A stretch of DNA of 63,089 nucleotides, filler included, from Octopus bimaculoides (lineage: Eukaryota), in the NCBI RefSeq assembly GCF_001194135.2. It is 9 parts of 9 records of this genome, joined end to end, with 100 filler letters (N's around TTAATTAATTAA, not from the genome) between each part and the next. Parts side by side here need not be neighbours in the genome. Positions count along the whole stretch, not along the records: positions 1 to 2,721 come from NW_026373428.1; positions 2,822 to 19,868 come from NC_068985.1; 7 more parts are not named here. The stretch is one strand, 5' to 3'. The translations under genes were made by a program, and so were the position numbers. Under the pieces are notes generated by a model. It saw nothing but the letters and a program-made list of their open reading frames with translations. It was not told the DNA's origin and ran no database searches. The stretch's first letter is position 1. Each line of letters starts with the position of its first letter. Positions 1 through 13,043 of this stretch are shown one piece after another.

Positions 1-329
1 TACGTATGTTTCGTACAAACTTCATTTATTTATGTAGTGAGAACACCACACAAGATGTGCAATGAAAATGTACTCCTCATCTGCATAATGGAATTTCATT
101 TCAGAAAGTCATTTTGTAAATGTGTGCAAATACAAGAGTAGGAGATGAAGAAAATACCATCTTGACTGGGATGTTAATCAACATTCTAGTGAACCAAACA
201 GTGAACTAAACCTCTAGAAGGAGGGGTAAGATAGCAGTAATTTCAATTTAGAGGAAGGTAGATTAGGTAGTAAGGGACAGCAGGTTAGGGGTGAATCAAG
301 CAAGAGAAAAAAGAGAGAAGAAAACGCTG

Positions 330-590
330 GTATTAAAATGGGGGTAGCTGATGAAGGAAAATGTTCTCTATGTGGCTTGTGTGTTTTCTGTACTCTGGTT
401 ATTATTATTTCTTGTCTACGTTTTGTTTGCAANNNNNNNNNNTGTTTTCTGTACTCTGGTTATTATTATTTCTTGTCTACGTTTTGTTTGCAATGTCCTG
501 TACCCAGATATGCACCTATATATACAGGTAGACATAGGTATGCACACACCTGTATGTATATATGCATATACTCATTTATTATAAGGAGTG
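330..590 (+). repeat. Diverged copy of a dispersed repeat (related to 51695-52090 and 39960-40320), possibly a Penelope terminal-repeat derivative
   Basis: CTGATGAAGG at 348, then ...ATGTCCTGTACCCAGATATGC...; matches CTGAAGAAGG...ATGTCTTGTACCCATATATGC in the 51.8 kb copy; lies next to a Penelope fragment. Confidence 0.5.
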
Positions 591-1059
591 GCTAGAGGAA
601 ATTTAAGGTAAGGGAATTTAGGTCAAGATATTGGAGAATTATTAAGAATATATCTATTTGTCTGTATATTTAGAATAATACAACAAACTAAAGTACTAAA
701 TTTAAAACCATAGAGAACATTAATAGTTAAATTAGAATAAGACAAACATTTATAGTTAAAATAAGATATACATTTATGTGGGGTAGTAGAAGAGAGATAT
801 TTATAAGAAAAACCATAAGAAGAGAAGATGTCAATGGCCAAAACAAATCAAAGTGAAAGGGGGGGGGAAGGAGAAAAGGGGAGGAATAAAGTTAGAAAAT
901 CAGGACTAAACTAAGAGCATTAAAGCTATGGTTACAGAATTGATAATATGGTAGAAGAGACTTAGAATTAGCTAGAGAAATGTTGGAATATTATCAGTGG
1001 GTTGGGAAAGGTTAAAATGTATTCCAAAATTATAATTTAAAGCTATAACTTAAAGTAGT

Positions 1060-2011
1060 TAATAGTCTGGGAAACGAAAGGGATTAAGACAATATATTAT
1101 TAGCAAGATTTACTTTTTAAAATATTTAAAGGTACGAGAGTAACAATGTACACATAGAACCCTAAGGTCAGATCTATTGTTAATTAGATTAGGATTATCC
1201 TTAAGTTTAAAAGTTTCATAAGTTTCCATAGAGCACAGTCCTGATGATTTCCCATTTAAGATTAAAATTGATACCATTTTCCTTTAATTCCCAAATTTTA
1301 TTAGATAATGATGTGCTATTGGCCTTATGTTTAAATCTAAACGAGGAAAAATGATTGTATAATCACTGTTTAAGATTGATTGTGCAACCAACATAAATGT
1401 AATTATTAGTTGGAGTAGCTACTGTACAATTATAGACCACGTTATGGGCGAAACAACGGCCAGATACTGGGCAGCGGGCCTTAATTCTACAATTGCAATC
1501 AAGGGGATTATTAGCTATATATATTATTATGTTGATTGTTAATACAATTATCTAAATTGATTATATCAATATTGTTGGTTGTATTACTGGATATGCAATT
1601 GATATTGTTTGAGCTAGGAAGATTTATCTCATCAACTATGTTAACAGTTGAATTATTATGTTCATTAACATGTACATGATTATTCGTTGCATTGGTATTA
1701 TTAATTGTCTCGTAGTTATTTGTATTGCTATCAATAATAAGACAATTTTTACTTTCAAGGGTCCTAGCCAATTCTATGTTCTTTTTATTCAACTTATTGA
1801 TGATAGATCCTATATTGGGGAGAGTAGAGTATGAGATACGGATTGTGTGTTGAGAAAAGATTTTATAATATCTATGGTTAGGGTTGAAATTTTTTTGTAA
1901 GATATCCATAAACTTCTTATAGATGTTCGTAGATGATTTGTGGTTATCATAAATATTTGGGGTTATATTATTTGTAAAGAATAAAAAGTTTAGGAAGGTA
2001 TAACAATGCAC
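1060..2011 (-). mobile_element. Penelope-like retroelement 3' fragment: RT-thumb/linker plus GIY-YIG endonuclease, with stops
   Basis: Translation gives TNIYKKFMDILQKNFNPNHRYYKIFSQHTIRISYSTLPNIGSII, then DCNCRIKARCPVSGRCFAHNVVYNCTVATPTNNYIYVGCT...NHFSSF...STSLSNKIWELK...NLINNRSDL, typical PLE linker and GIY-YIG motifs. Confidence 0.9.
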
Positions 2012-2059
2012 TATAGATCAAAAAATGGACTGTATACCTGTTGTAACTTGGTAAACTAT

Positions 2060-2097
2060 AGTCCGATGATATTTCGGAATTAGAATTCCTTCTTCAG
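2060..2097 (-). ncRNA. Minimal hammerhead-like core (degenerate, stem I not evident)
   Basis: CTGAAGA-A-GGAAT-TCTA-ATTCC-GAA-ATAT-C on the minus strand. Confidence 0.5.
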
Positions 2098-2407
2098 CTC
2101 TTATTTGCTGGAGTCTCTGCTATAAACTGTTTTCCAATGGTTTTTCTTTTTTCTGAAGCGTCTCAGGAGTGGTCTCACGAAGCTTCTTCTGGAATTCCTC
2201 ATGAGAAGTGCATGAGGTCGGCTGTTTCAATCTCGTGTGTGTTGTATTGATACATCTGTGGCGCTGCTTCTAAGTTATGTGTTATACGTGCAGCTTCTCT
2301 TTTTTTTTTCTTTTTTCTTTTTTTGGCCTTCTTTTTTTTTTGTTGTAAACAATATATGAGCATGTTATTAAGAATTAACCTACACACATCCAGATGTAGC
2401 TAAATAA

Positions 2408-2557
2408 TATATTGATTACCAACTTCCATCCTGTTGTTAATTTGGGGTCCTAGTCTGTGTATGAGTAAAGCTTCCTTGATTCTTAAATTACCCAAATTTC
2501 TTTCATTGGCCTCAATTGTGACTGTTATGCTTTCATCAAGTTTTCTTATTGGGATCT
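2408..2557 (-). mobile_element. C-terminal tail of a second Penelope-type GIY-YIG endonuclease
   Basis: IPIRKLDESITVTIEANERNLGNLRIKEALLIHRLGPQINNRMEVGNQYII*; resembles the R.IKEAL.I...P..N end of PLE endonucleases. Confidence 0.6.
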
Positions 2558-3159
2558 ATCTCGTTATGTAAAGTAATTTTCCTGCTCATATGGTTATTAT
2601 TATAGTTTCTTAACCTAAGTTTTTTATTAGTGTACATAATCATATTAACACTAATAATCATATTAACACTTACATTTCTCTAGCTAATTCTAAGTCTCTT
2701 CTACCATATTATCAATTCTGTNNNNNNNNNNNNNNNNNNNNNNNNNNNNNNNNNNNNNNNNNNNNTTAATTAATTAANNNNNNNNNNNNNNNNNNNNNNN
2801 NNNNNNNNNNNNNNNNNNNNNTCATCAACTGTGCTGTGGTTGAAATTTTTAGAGACTACTTCTCTTGGAATCGATCCTCTTTTTTATGCATTCCTCGATT
2901 TTTTAAAACAGAATAGCAAAATATAAACCAACAAAAATGTAAATAAGTAAATCGACGACTCATGTATCAAAAGACATTTTTATTTAGCATCAACTTCAGT
3001 ATCATTGCATTTTTTATTGGTTGCCTTTCTTTCTCTCTTATTTCCAGTTGTAAGATTTTTTCCTCAACTACATCTTAACAAGAATCTGCACAATCCCACA
3101 AATTCAACGGAAGGCCAACCAAATTAGTTACTATATGATTTGCCACATTTTTTTTTTTT

Positions 3160-5310
3160 TTTACTTAATGGCGATTCTTCTTATCACAATATACAATGTT
3201 CCTAATCTAAAACTCTCTTTCTGTTTCTTCAGAAATTAGAACGATCGTATAACTGTATTTTATCTTGTTCTGTAATTGAAATCATAGTATGGAAATTTCG
3301 GGTAACGTTTTCGACATAATCCTGGAAGTCATTAACACATATCTTGTGATAAAATTGTTTGTAGAATTCTTCTAATTCTTCCCCTACTCTTTACCAGAGG
3401 ACAACAATGTCATCTATGTTCAAATAATCTAGGTTAACAATATATGCCTAGATTCAGGAATTTTATTAGTTTTTTGAGCATTATTTCTTTGATTTTATAA
3501 TACTTATATTCACCAAACTCAGTAGTCTTTGGCGAAAATGTTTCCTGAACTTCTTAGTTTCAACAAATGCTAAAATGCATTCAAGGAAATGGTTTCATTT
3601 AGTTTCCTCTCTTATGTACTTCTTCTATCTTATTGACTTTCGAAAGCCTTATTAATTCTTTAATTTGTGGTAGATTTAAATTTCTTCCTTGAAGAGTTTT
3701 TATCAATATTTGATAGCTAAATCTCCTTGAAAAGATTTGCGGGAAAGGCTACTAGTCATTCTTGAATATTTTCGCACTATACTGGATAAGCATTCCATAC
3801 TGCAACTATTGGTCTAAGGTTGCAATCATCCCCTCTTAATGCTATAACTCTACCAAACTTTGGGATTTCTAATTCAAAGTGACCTGAAATATTATTAAAC
3901 TTTATTTGGTTTGTTTATGATACGTGAAAGATTTTGTACATTTCATCAATAAATAAATATTTTAAAATGGTTTACTTGTTTTATATCTTTGACAGAATCA
4001 ACAAAAACAAGTTGCAGACAAAGCCTCGTGCATTGCCAAGTTATGACCTCAGGAAAATCATTCTCAAGTTTAGTACTCATTCCTGAATTCTTGCCAAACA
4101 TCGCACTTCAGAACAAAACAAAACATACAATCAGGCTATTTTACTGTTTTTTTTTTTGTTTTTTTTTTAGCTATTCATTATCACATTCTGAAAAATACAG
4201 ACTGTATAATACAGAAGTATATATTGTTTCAGTATCTTGTCCTTTCGACTTAATCAAATCGAATAAGAATATTGGTTAAAAATCACAATCTATAGCTTTC
4301 ACAAAAATGATGCTAACTGACTTGCAATCATTGAAGCCTCAACAACGATAAGGCGAATTTTTACTGTTTGTTGAATTATTTTTCTAAATCTTTCGTTTTT
4401 AATTTCCTTCGCAGTACGATATATTATTTTAACGGCTACCTTATGAAAATGAAGTTTTATTACCATTTCAAATCCATTTTTTATTTGTCATTCAATACCA
4501 TCTTCAATATCCGAACATAGCCTGTTTTGTTTCGCTATATTGTAAAAAATATTAAAAATTTTGTGAAGGCGCCTGGCGTAGTGGTTAAGGTTTTGCATTC
4601 ATGATCGCACTCACGATTACCAACCGGTCAGATGTTGTGCGCTTGAGCAAAATGCTTCGTTTCACGCGGCTCCATTCAGTTGTAAATGGGTAGACCTGCC
4701 CGCCTAGCCAGCGGGGTGACATCATTCGAAATCTACACCAATGTGAGGAAGTGCGTTGTGACTAGTGGTTTATAACAATATCCGATAGTTATGTTGATAC
4801 AGTGATTAAAAATTTTTACATGTGTTTATGTACGCCTCCTTTTTTTTTCTTGAATCATTGTTTTTTTTTATTTTAATTGCATTCTCTCCGCATTCCTTTG
4901 GTTGCATTTCACTTATATCATGTGATTTTGACAGAAACGACTATTACTTTATTTCGATATTTCAACATTTCAGTTTCTCCATTCCTTTGAAACATAGATT
5001 CTCTTAATGATTATGGACATGGATTTTTTGCCGTGATAATAGCCAAGTTTCTTATTGATAACGAGTAACCCATCATATTTTCCTTGAATTCCTCAACCTT
5101 CTTCATACGCCAGCACTATGGGAAAACACGTCTTTTATCTTGCTCAGTTATAGATGTTCCATCGCATATAAATTTTAAAGCTTGACTTTCAATCAATTCT
5201 TGCTTCAAAAGTTTATCACTCATTGAAATTGCTAAAGATTTTCTTTCATCCTGATCTTACCTCGAATCAGCACTAGGAAGTTTTCTTCGAAAGTTCGTCA
5301 TGTTTTACTG
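3160..5310 (-). mobile_element. Probable highly degenerate hAT-type transposase remnant
   Basis: Broken frames: ICDGTS..KTCFPIVL (about 5110-5170) and LISEETEREF*IRNIVYCDKKNRH (about 3165-3240), the latter resembling the hAT dimerisation motif ER.FS....T..RNRL; no TIRs seen. Confidence 0.35.
4570..4765 (+). mobile_element. tRNA-derived SINE (CTTGAGCAA core family), diverged
   Basis: GGCGCCTGGCGTAGTGGTTAAGG A-box-like head and CTTGAGCAAAA core shared with other SINEs in the window. Confidence 0.7.
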
Positions 5311-6489
5311 ACTTATATTATAAGTGTTCAAACTGTAAATGAACATTGTGAAAATGCCTCAATATGTTCTTCACGGCAAATCATTGAACTAAAATTCATT
5401 TCATGGTTCACTAATAAAAGAAAAAAAACATATAATAAAGTTTCATGTAAAAGCCGTTGCCACTACTTTTTAAAAATTAAATGTTTATTTGTTTTGTCAT
5501 GCTAAAACAAATGAATACCTGGCGATACAGAAACTTATTACTACAGTTATTCACTAAATATATTAACACTAAAAATACGAGTAAAAATGCAATTCAGAAG
5601 TTGTTTTGAGAACTTTCAATGTAAAATTTGCATGAGAATAAGTTTGAATATAAATATTAATAATTATCCAAAAATATGGTTGACGTTAAAGGGAATATGG
5701 TCGAAGAATTGAAAATACTGTTTTTATTTTTCATTTCCAATGAAGAATCAGACGCTTGAAAAAGCGACTTACATTTCAGCTGCTTTTCGCGAAAACGGTA
5801 AAAAAACGAGTTGGGAAAGAAATTTGAATGTTATTTTAGGGTGTTTCGAAGTAAAATTAAGAGAAAATAACATAGAATCAAGATTTTTCTCCAATTTTTC
5901 ACTGAAGAATAATGCGTGTTGAAAAAAAACTTTCCATTTCAATAGTTGCAGTAAAATGCTAAAATACGAGTTAACAAAGAAATTCAAAGGTTGTTTTGGA
6001 AAGTTCAACATAAAATTTGCATATGACTAAAATTTGCATACGACAAAATAAATGATTATTCAAATAATAATCATGATTATGAAAAAGAAAGTGAGCAAAA
6101 TGAAATACTTATAGAAAATATTGCATAGAATTTGAAAAGTATTTTCAACCTCTTTCAATGATGACANNNNNNNNNNNNNNNNNNNNNNNNNNNNNNNNNN
6201 NNNNNNNNNNNNNNNNNNNNNNNNNNNNNNNNNNNNNNNNNNNNNNNNNNNNNNNNNNNNNNNNNNNNNNNNNNNNNNNNNNNNNNNNNNNNNNNNNNNN
6301 NNNNNNNNNNNNNNNNNNNNNNNNNNNNNNNNNNNNNNNNNNNNNNNNNNNNNNNNNNNNNNNNNNNNNNNNNNNNNNNNNNNNNNNNNNNNNNNNNNNN
6401 NNNNNNNNNNNNNNNNNNNNNNNNNAAATCAACTCATAAATTAAAAAATTGCTGCACACAGATATATAGGCAGAATAGTTGGTGGTGGT

Positions 6490-9400
6490 ACGTTTTCCAT
6501 GGATTCGCAGATGAGATTTGAGCCTAGCAAAAGGCAGAACATGATCTGTCACAGACTGTGCACACAAAAGGTCATCGTCATTCATCTTTTCGATCGTTAC
6601 ATTCTTCCTTAGATCTCTTTTGAGTCTTACATGCGTTATCTTGGCCTCTTCAAATGCTTTCACTCCACTCCACACTTTTGTTCGCCATCCAACTCAATCC
6701 GAAGCAAGGGTTTCTATGTCTTCTGGATCCATTCCAAGTGACCTCAAAGAAGTCTTTATGCCGTCCTGAAACCTTTTTTTAGGTTTACGCTGATAGCGTT
6801 TCCCCTCTGCAAGCTCACGATAAAACAGCTGTTTTGGCATGCATTCGTCTGCCATTCGAACAATATGGCCACACCATTTCATTTGGTTCCTCAAAATCAT
6901 AGCTTTAATTGAGGTGATGCCTGCAGATGTAAGGACATCTGTGTTTGGAGTAAAAGAACTCCATTTAATTTTTAAAATGCAATGAAGGCATTTTTGGTGG
7001 AATGTTCTAATAATTTAAAATGCCTTTCATAACAAGTCCAAGATTCACAGGCATACAACAGAGATGGTAAGACAACTGATTTGTAAAGAGCCAGCTTTGT
7101 ATTCTTATATGTCGCTGGCACCAAACGCGTGACTCCAAGCCATCAAAAATCTTATGCTACCCTTTGAATTTGCAGCTGTATTCCTGTATTGATTTCTTTC
7201 ATTTTGAACAGAGTTTTCAAGGTAGATGAACGAATCGACAACCTCAAGTAATTTACTCATAGCAAAAATTTTAGGTGGGGTTACGAACAGCACCACACGC
7301 AGGTTGATGCATTACAACTGTTTTTTTTTTCAAGTCGATGGTCAAGCCAAAATCATCACAAGCCGAGTCAAATGCAGATGCAAGAGATTGCAGACCTGTT
7401 TCACAATGACTGACAAGATCGCAATCGTCAGTGTACAAAAGTTCCCTAATAAGTGAAGTAAAAACCTTCGTTTTGAATTTCAGTTTGGTTAGATTAAAAA
7501 CATTTCCTGTTGTTTGATATTTTATGTATATACCCTACTCAGCGTTTTGAAAAGCATGTGACAACACAACAGCAAAGTATATTGCAAAGAGGGTGGGTGC
7601 ATCAAGGTCTCTTTGCTTTACTCTATTTTCCAGAGGAAAAGTTTCAGAGAGCCCACCACCTAAGTTAACTCTAGCCTTCATATCTTGATACAAAGCCCTG
7701 CTCATGTTTACAAATTTTTCTCGGCAACCTATTTTCCTTAGAATTAGCCACAGAGCATTTCGATTAACAGTATCGAATGCTTTACTCAAATCAACAAAGC
7801 AATGGTATAGAGCAAGATTCTGTTCCATGCACTTTTCTTGTAATTGTCTGACAGTAAAGATACAATCAGCTGTGCCCCTGGAGGAACGAAAACCACACTG
7901 AGACTCAGACACTATATTTGGAACTATAAAGGTAGTTAAACGTTCTAATAAAATGCGGACAAGTACCTTTCCAACCACAGACGAAAGCGAAATCCCACGA
8001 AAATTACCACACAGGTCCTTTGGCCCCGATTTATACAAGGAGACTAAAATGGCATCAATCCAGTCTTGAGGCACTTTCTCCGTTCTCCAACAGTGACAAA
8101 TTATATATTCAAGATTTCAAACATTTTGTCACCCCCATATTTCAAGACTTCTGTACAGATTCCATCAGACCCTGGAGACTTATTGTTATTCAGCTTAATC
8201 ACAGCTAAATAAATGTCATTAAGAGTTGGTTCAAATGCCATCTCTTCTATAACTGGAAGGTGTTCGATTTTTTCTACTGTCCTCATGTCAGCGGACGATG
8301 GTTTATTCAAAAGTGCAGAAAAATGTTCTACCCAGCGCTTATGAATAGAAGCGGTGTCAGTCAGAAGCAAACGTCCATTTGCTGTTCTAACTGGAGCTAT
8401 TGAAGATTTGGGGTCATATACCTCCTTAACATAAGAGTACAAATCCTTGGCATCATTTCTATCAGCTGCTTCTTGTGCCTCTTTTGTTCTATCATTCCAC
8501 CATCCCTATTTAATTTTCCTTAGAGCAGTCTGCACTTTTCTTTTTCAGCTTTCTGTAAACTTCATTTGAGTTGGGGTTCAAGGACTGAGAAAGAAGTGTA
8601 TTGCTTAAGTTTTGTTTTTCTAAAAGTAGATCATGAATTTCTGTTGATCTATCTCAGAACCAGTCACTGGACTTATGTGATTTAAATCCCACTGACGAAC
8701 TTGCAGCCTGAAATACTTTTGTTTGGGTCAAGATTGATACTTTTTATAGCATCGTGGAACCTTTGCAAGTTGCTTGATAATTTAAAGTTTGCAACATTTA
8801 ACTTTTGAGTACCTTAGGACAAGACTGTCGGTTTATAGGCATTATCGAAAAATTTATTTTTCCCCGCATTAGATGACGGTCAGTCCAGCTCTCTGCCCCT
8901 CTCATGGCCCGAACGCTAGTAACGTCTTTCATATCACGTTTTCTGATCAGAATATAATCTATGAGATGCCAGTGCTTAGATCTTGGGTGCATCCAAGTGG
9001 TTTTATATTTATTTTTCTGCTTAAACAGAGTGTTGGTGACAACCAGATTATTCTCAGTACAAAACGTCAAAAGAGCTACTCCATTTTTATTACATTTTGC
9101 AAACCCATGTCGACCTACAACAGACCATGAAATATAATCCTTTCCAGTTCTTGCAATGCAATCTCCTAATATGACCAGCTTGTCAGAAATTGATACTTTC
9201 CTCAATAATTGTGCTAGATTATCATAATACTGTCCTACAGTTTCATCAGAATGGGACATTGTTGGTGCATAAATACTGACTACGGTAAGAAACCTACCTT
9301 TTATCAGTTTAATGCGGCTTGACATGATCCATTCAGATATACCACTTCGAAGCTCTGCAATGGAGGATGCTAGTGTATTCTTGAGAGCAAACCCAACACC

Positions 9401-10150
9401 AGATTCTCTACGCTGGTCCTTAGGTAGGCCTCTCCAAAAGACAGTATATCCATAAGTAGGTTCATCTACTTGATCCTCACCAGAGAGACAAATTTCAGAG
9501 AGTTTCAGAGAGCGCAACTATATCAAGGAATATTTCTTAAGCTCACATGCATAAGTGCAGCCCACCTTTCTGGCCTCTTGTTGAAATTATCATCAAGAAG
9601 TGTGCGCTCATTCCCACAACCAAAATTCAAAGGAATTTTAATTTTACTTTTTCTTGAAGATTGTTTGACCACAGTGGCAGGATGACGACCGGGTCCAGCC
9701 TGTGATACACTGGGACACCTGCCGAGCCAGACTTGTTTCTCTGACGTTCCCAAGTCTTTTTTGCCATTTACTGAATCTGTTTGAGACATTTTAGAGTAAG
9801 TTACAAGTGCATTTTTAGGTTTCTACCAACCAACCAACCAATTCAATGATTTTACTAAGATTTGGTGCAGATAAATAATTTTCAGTGGGTGTAGCTTGAA
9901 CTGCACTACCCCCACCCATTGGCCCAAGAAGACTTTCGTCGGTGTGACATGAAAATTGACAAAACCAGGAACTTCTTAGGCCTCAGGTTTTATTTCGAAG
10001 ATTTCCTTCTCCTAGGTAGATTACCAACTAAGGTTAAAGAGCTTCTACCTGCCCATAAGGTAAGCTATCCCATTCCAGACACCAAACCGACACTCAAATA
10101 CTCTATAAAGTGATCAAAGGTCACTCCGGTGACCGACGCGGAGTAGCTCA
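6490..10150 (-). mobile_element. Near full-length RTE-clade LINE (APE endonuclease, RT, C-terminal C2H2-like finger), disrupted by stops and frameshifts
   Basis: LNFGCGNERTLLD..RPER (9523-9789); APE domain YTVFW..ESGVGFA..HWHLIDYILIR (8798-9517); SPGSDGI; RT NFRGISLS..ESQCGFR..FVDLSKAFD (7535-8074); ELLYTDD at about 7415-7435; KWCGHIVRM; CTVCDRSC..FARLKSHLRIH; 5'UTR contains CTAGGAGAAGGAAATCT. Confidence 0.95.
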
Positions 10151-10371
10151 TTCATACATAAAAAAAAGAAAGAAAAAAGTACGATATGTGATTTGGAAAT
10201 GTAAATAAGAATTATATATAAATATAAAAAAGTAAAAGCTATGCAATAAATATAAATATGTATATTAAAGTAAAAATATACATATATATACATATAAAAA
10301 AAAAGATACATACTTATTTGCAGACATTTTATGGAATGGCCGTTGACTGTTCAGGGGTTCCTCTACCGTTT

Positions 10372-10373
10372 AC

Positions 10374-10414
<41 letters not shown>

Positions 10415-10577
10415 CATACATACATACATACATACATACACATACATACATGCATACATATATATGTGAGTGTGTGTGTGTACGTGTGTGTGTGTGTGTG
10501 TGTGTGTGCATGAATGTATGTATGTATGTATGTATGTATGTGTGTATGTATGTATGTATGTATGTATGTATGTATGT
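10372..10577. repeat. Compound microsatellite (TA)n/(TACA)n/(TG)n/(TATG)n
   Basis: Direct inspection. Confidence 0.95.
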
Positions 10578-11701
10578 TGATCATCTCTCAGTCTGAATAA
10601 ATGAGTAGAATATCTTCAAAAGTTCTCCATTACCTTCACTAGTCGGTTTTGAAGACAAAATCCACACATATCTGCTTCGGCCTTATTTTCTAAAAATTTC
10701 AAAAAGTTATTTCATTAAAGTTTTCTCCCCGACTGGTTTTTAGATATTCTTTTAAAACATCTTCCTCCCTGTGAGTGTTTTAGTCTACTAATTTCGTGAA
10801 TAATTTCAGTTAATCGAAGTATTTGTACTTGCTGTGACACATGCGAGATCCTACCGTATAAATATCTGCATCTAAGTTTAACTGGATCATTAACTATAAC
10901 TAACAAACCACCATCTTGAACTTCGTCGTCATTAAGCTTCACCGTGATAATTTTTATCATTATCATCACCACCACTACAACCTAATACAGCTCATAAACA
11001 TTTCCCAGTTATCAGGTTTCTTCAGTTGACGTGGGAGCAGATGGAGAAAGAAATAAAAATCCTGCAGGCACTGTCCTTACACTGTAAAACAATCAAAGAA
11101 AACAACTTTTTAAACATGACCCTCCAGATAACAGTAAAAGACTAACGGAATTCCAGGAATGCATTAATCCTAGTTAATATATGCAACTCCTTCCCTAACC
11201 GTTATTTTCTGTGTCACTCTCTCCATACACCACCTTAACTCCTTTAATTAAAGTGGCCGATCTTTCAAGTTTATCATATTTGAAGTAAAATCTCATTTTT
11301 GAAGAAATTCCAAAAATGCAGTCATTTTTCTGAAGACTTCCAATGTTTTATTTACTTTCCTTCCATCCATTATTTTTTTTTTCCTCAGAACATTTTTGTA
11401 AGAGAGAAAACTAGAATGAATGCCAAAAAGAAAAAGTGTTTATATGTGTGAATATATTTGAGACGTATGTCATCGTATATAAACAAATAGATGTATATAG
11501 TCTGTGGTAAATATTTATTGCGAAAATCAAAAGAAAACCAAGTTGAATAATTAAAAAAGATTCATTAAAAAGGTCATGAAAAATTTAAATTGTACAAAGA
11601 AAGTACAACCGACCGCCACTCGCAGAGAAGTATAGTTTGATAACATGTATACATCCTCTCGGCCTTCTCACTGTTAACCTACAGCATAACCAGGATGTGG
11701 C

Positions 11702-11737
<36 letters not shown>

Positions 11738-11739
11738 AC

Positions 11740-11880
11740 GGCTGGTACTCCTTTATAGTTAAGTGAACGGTAGGACTGCGAAAGGGAGTGTCTTGCCCAA
11801 GAGCACAACACGATGCCCGGACCAAGGATTAGACCCAAGATTTCAAGATCATGATCCCAATACTCTAATCACTGTGCCAT
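11740..11880 (-). mobile_element. SINE 5' part
   Basis: Minus strand reads ATGGCACAGTGATTAGAG...GTGCTCTTGGGCAAGACACT (tRNA-like head plus core). Confidence 0.7.
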
Positions 11881-12244
11881 ATAGCTTCATAAAATTTGAA
11901 TTATCTAGTTTTATTTTCTATCAATTTGTCTATATAAACTGTTGAGAATAATGATGGAACGAAAATAATGAGAAGTTTGAGAAATATATTTCAGTGAATT
12001 AAGTAAACGCTTTGTAGTCTCAGGACTCAAAATGGTGAATGCGTTACTCCGAAGAATGGTGAAGATGCGCTGAAAAAGCTATTTCGCTGTACCTTACGGG
12101 ACTCACCCTTACGGATGGTAGTCTCTATACCAATCAAAGAGAATAGGGAGGTTGAACAGGGACCCGGTTCAACGTCCGAGCAAACGTCGGACGTTTGCAT
12201 TGCTATAGGTTTATAAAGAAACATAATGGAGAGAGATAAAATGA

Positions 12245-12330
12245 GTAACAGTTGAGTACTGGGGTCGATGTAATCGACTTACCCCTCCTCCGAAATTGCT
12301 GGCCTTGTGCCAAAATTTGAAACCAATATT
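12245..12330 (+). mobile_element. SINE family B 3' fragment
   Basis: GTACTGGGGTCGATGTAATCGACTTACCCCTC...GGCCTTGTGCCAAAATTTGAAACCAATA. Confidence 0.85.
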
Positions 12331-13043
12331 TACGAATATGTGTCACGTCTCTCGTGAGTGTTACTGCTAACATTTGAACTGCTGCATAGTCGGACCATCT
12401 GAGACTAAACCAATAATTTTATTAAGCTTGTTTGGTGAAGAGGAGGGTAGTCAGTGGCCTTCCAATATTGTGCAAATGTGCTAGTTTATGATGCATGATT
12501 GAGTATCTTAGTTAGGTCTTAGTTAGGTAGGCCAAATGGTAAGCCTTGGATAAAATCTTTATCGCTATAGGAGTAAACTTCAATGGAAATCTTAGGCGAG
12601 ACAGTGTTTCAAAACAGATGAAGGCGAACATCGACACAATATATATGAGTGTGTGTATGTGTATATATGTATACATAAGTGCCTGTATGCGCACGTGCAT
12701 GTGACTGTGTACAAGCGCGTGTGCACCTGCACATATGTATGTGTATGTATGCATATGCGCACGTGTTTATGTATGTGTGCGCGAACATATGTCATTATAC
12801 CTTCTTTCCTCCTCTCTGATACCTACCTATCACACTAACCTATCACATACGTCTATTTATAGGAATTTGACATTCTTGTATTCTTCCCTCCACTTTAAAT
12901 TTTACTACTAAAACTACTACTCATTTTGGTATCAGGCCCACCTCTACCTTCTCTCTACCCATCCCTTAATACAGCTCTATCATATCGCCCCTACTCACAT
13001 ATCTCACACTTATTCACTCCTTACCTTCTCATCTTTTCCTATC

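Noticed and set aside
382-493. 51-bp direct repeat across a 10-N gap
   Set aside because: Contig-overlap artefact
2766-2777. TTAATTAATTAA recurring inside N runs (also about 19913, 28713, 34072, 51450, 53503, 57261, 60868)
   Set aside because: Identical 12-mer with stops in all six frames, always centred in similar-sized gaps: an assembly spacer, not biology
10715-10975. 86-aa ORF with ordinary composition
   Set aside because: Starts in a (GAT) repeat, no recognisable domain and no convincing splice sites
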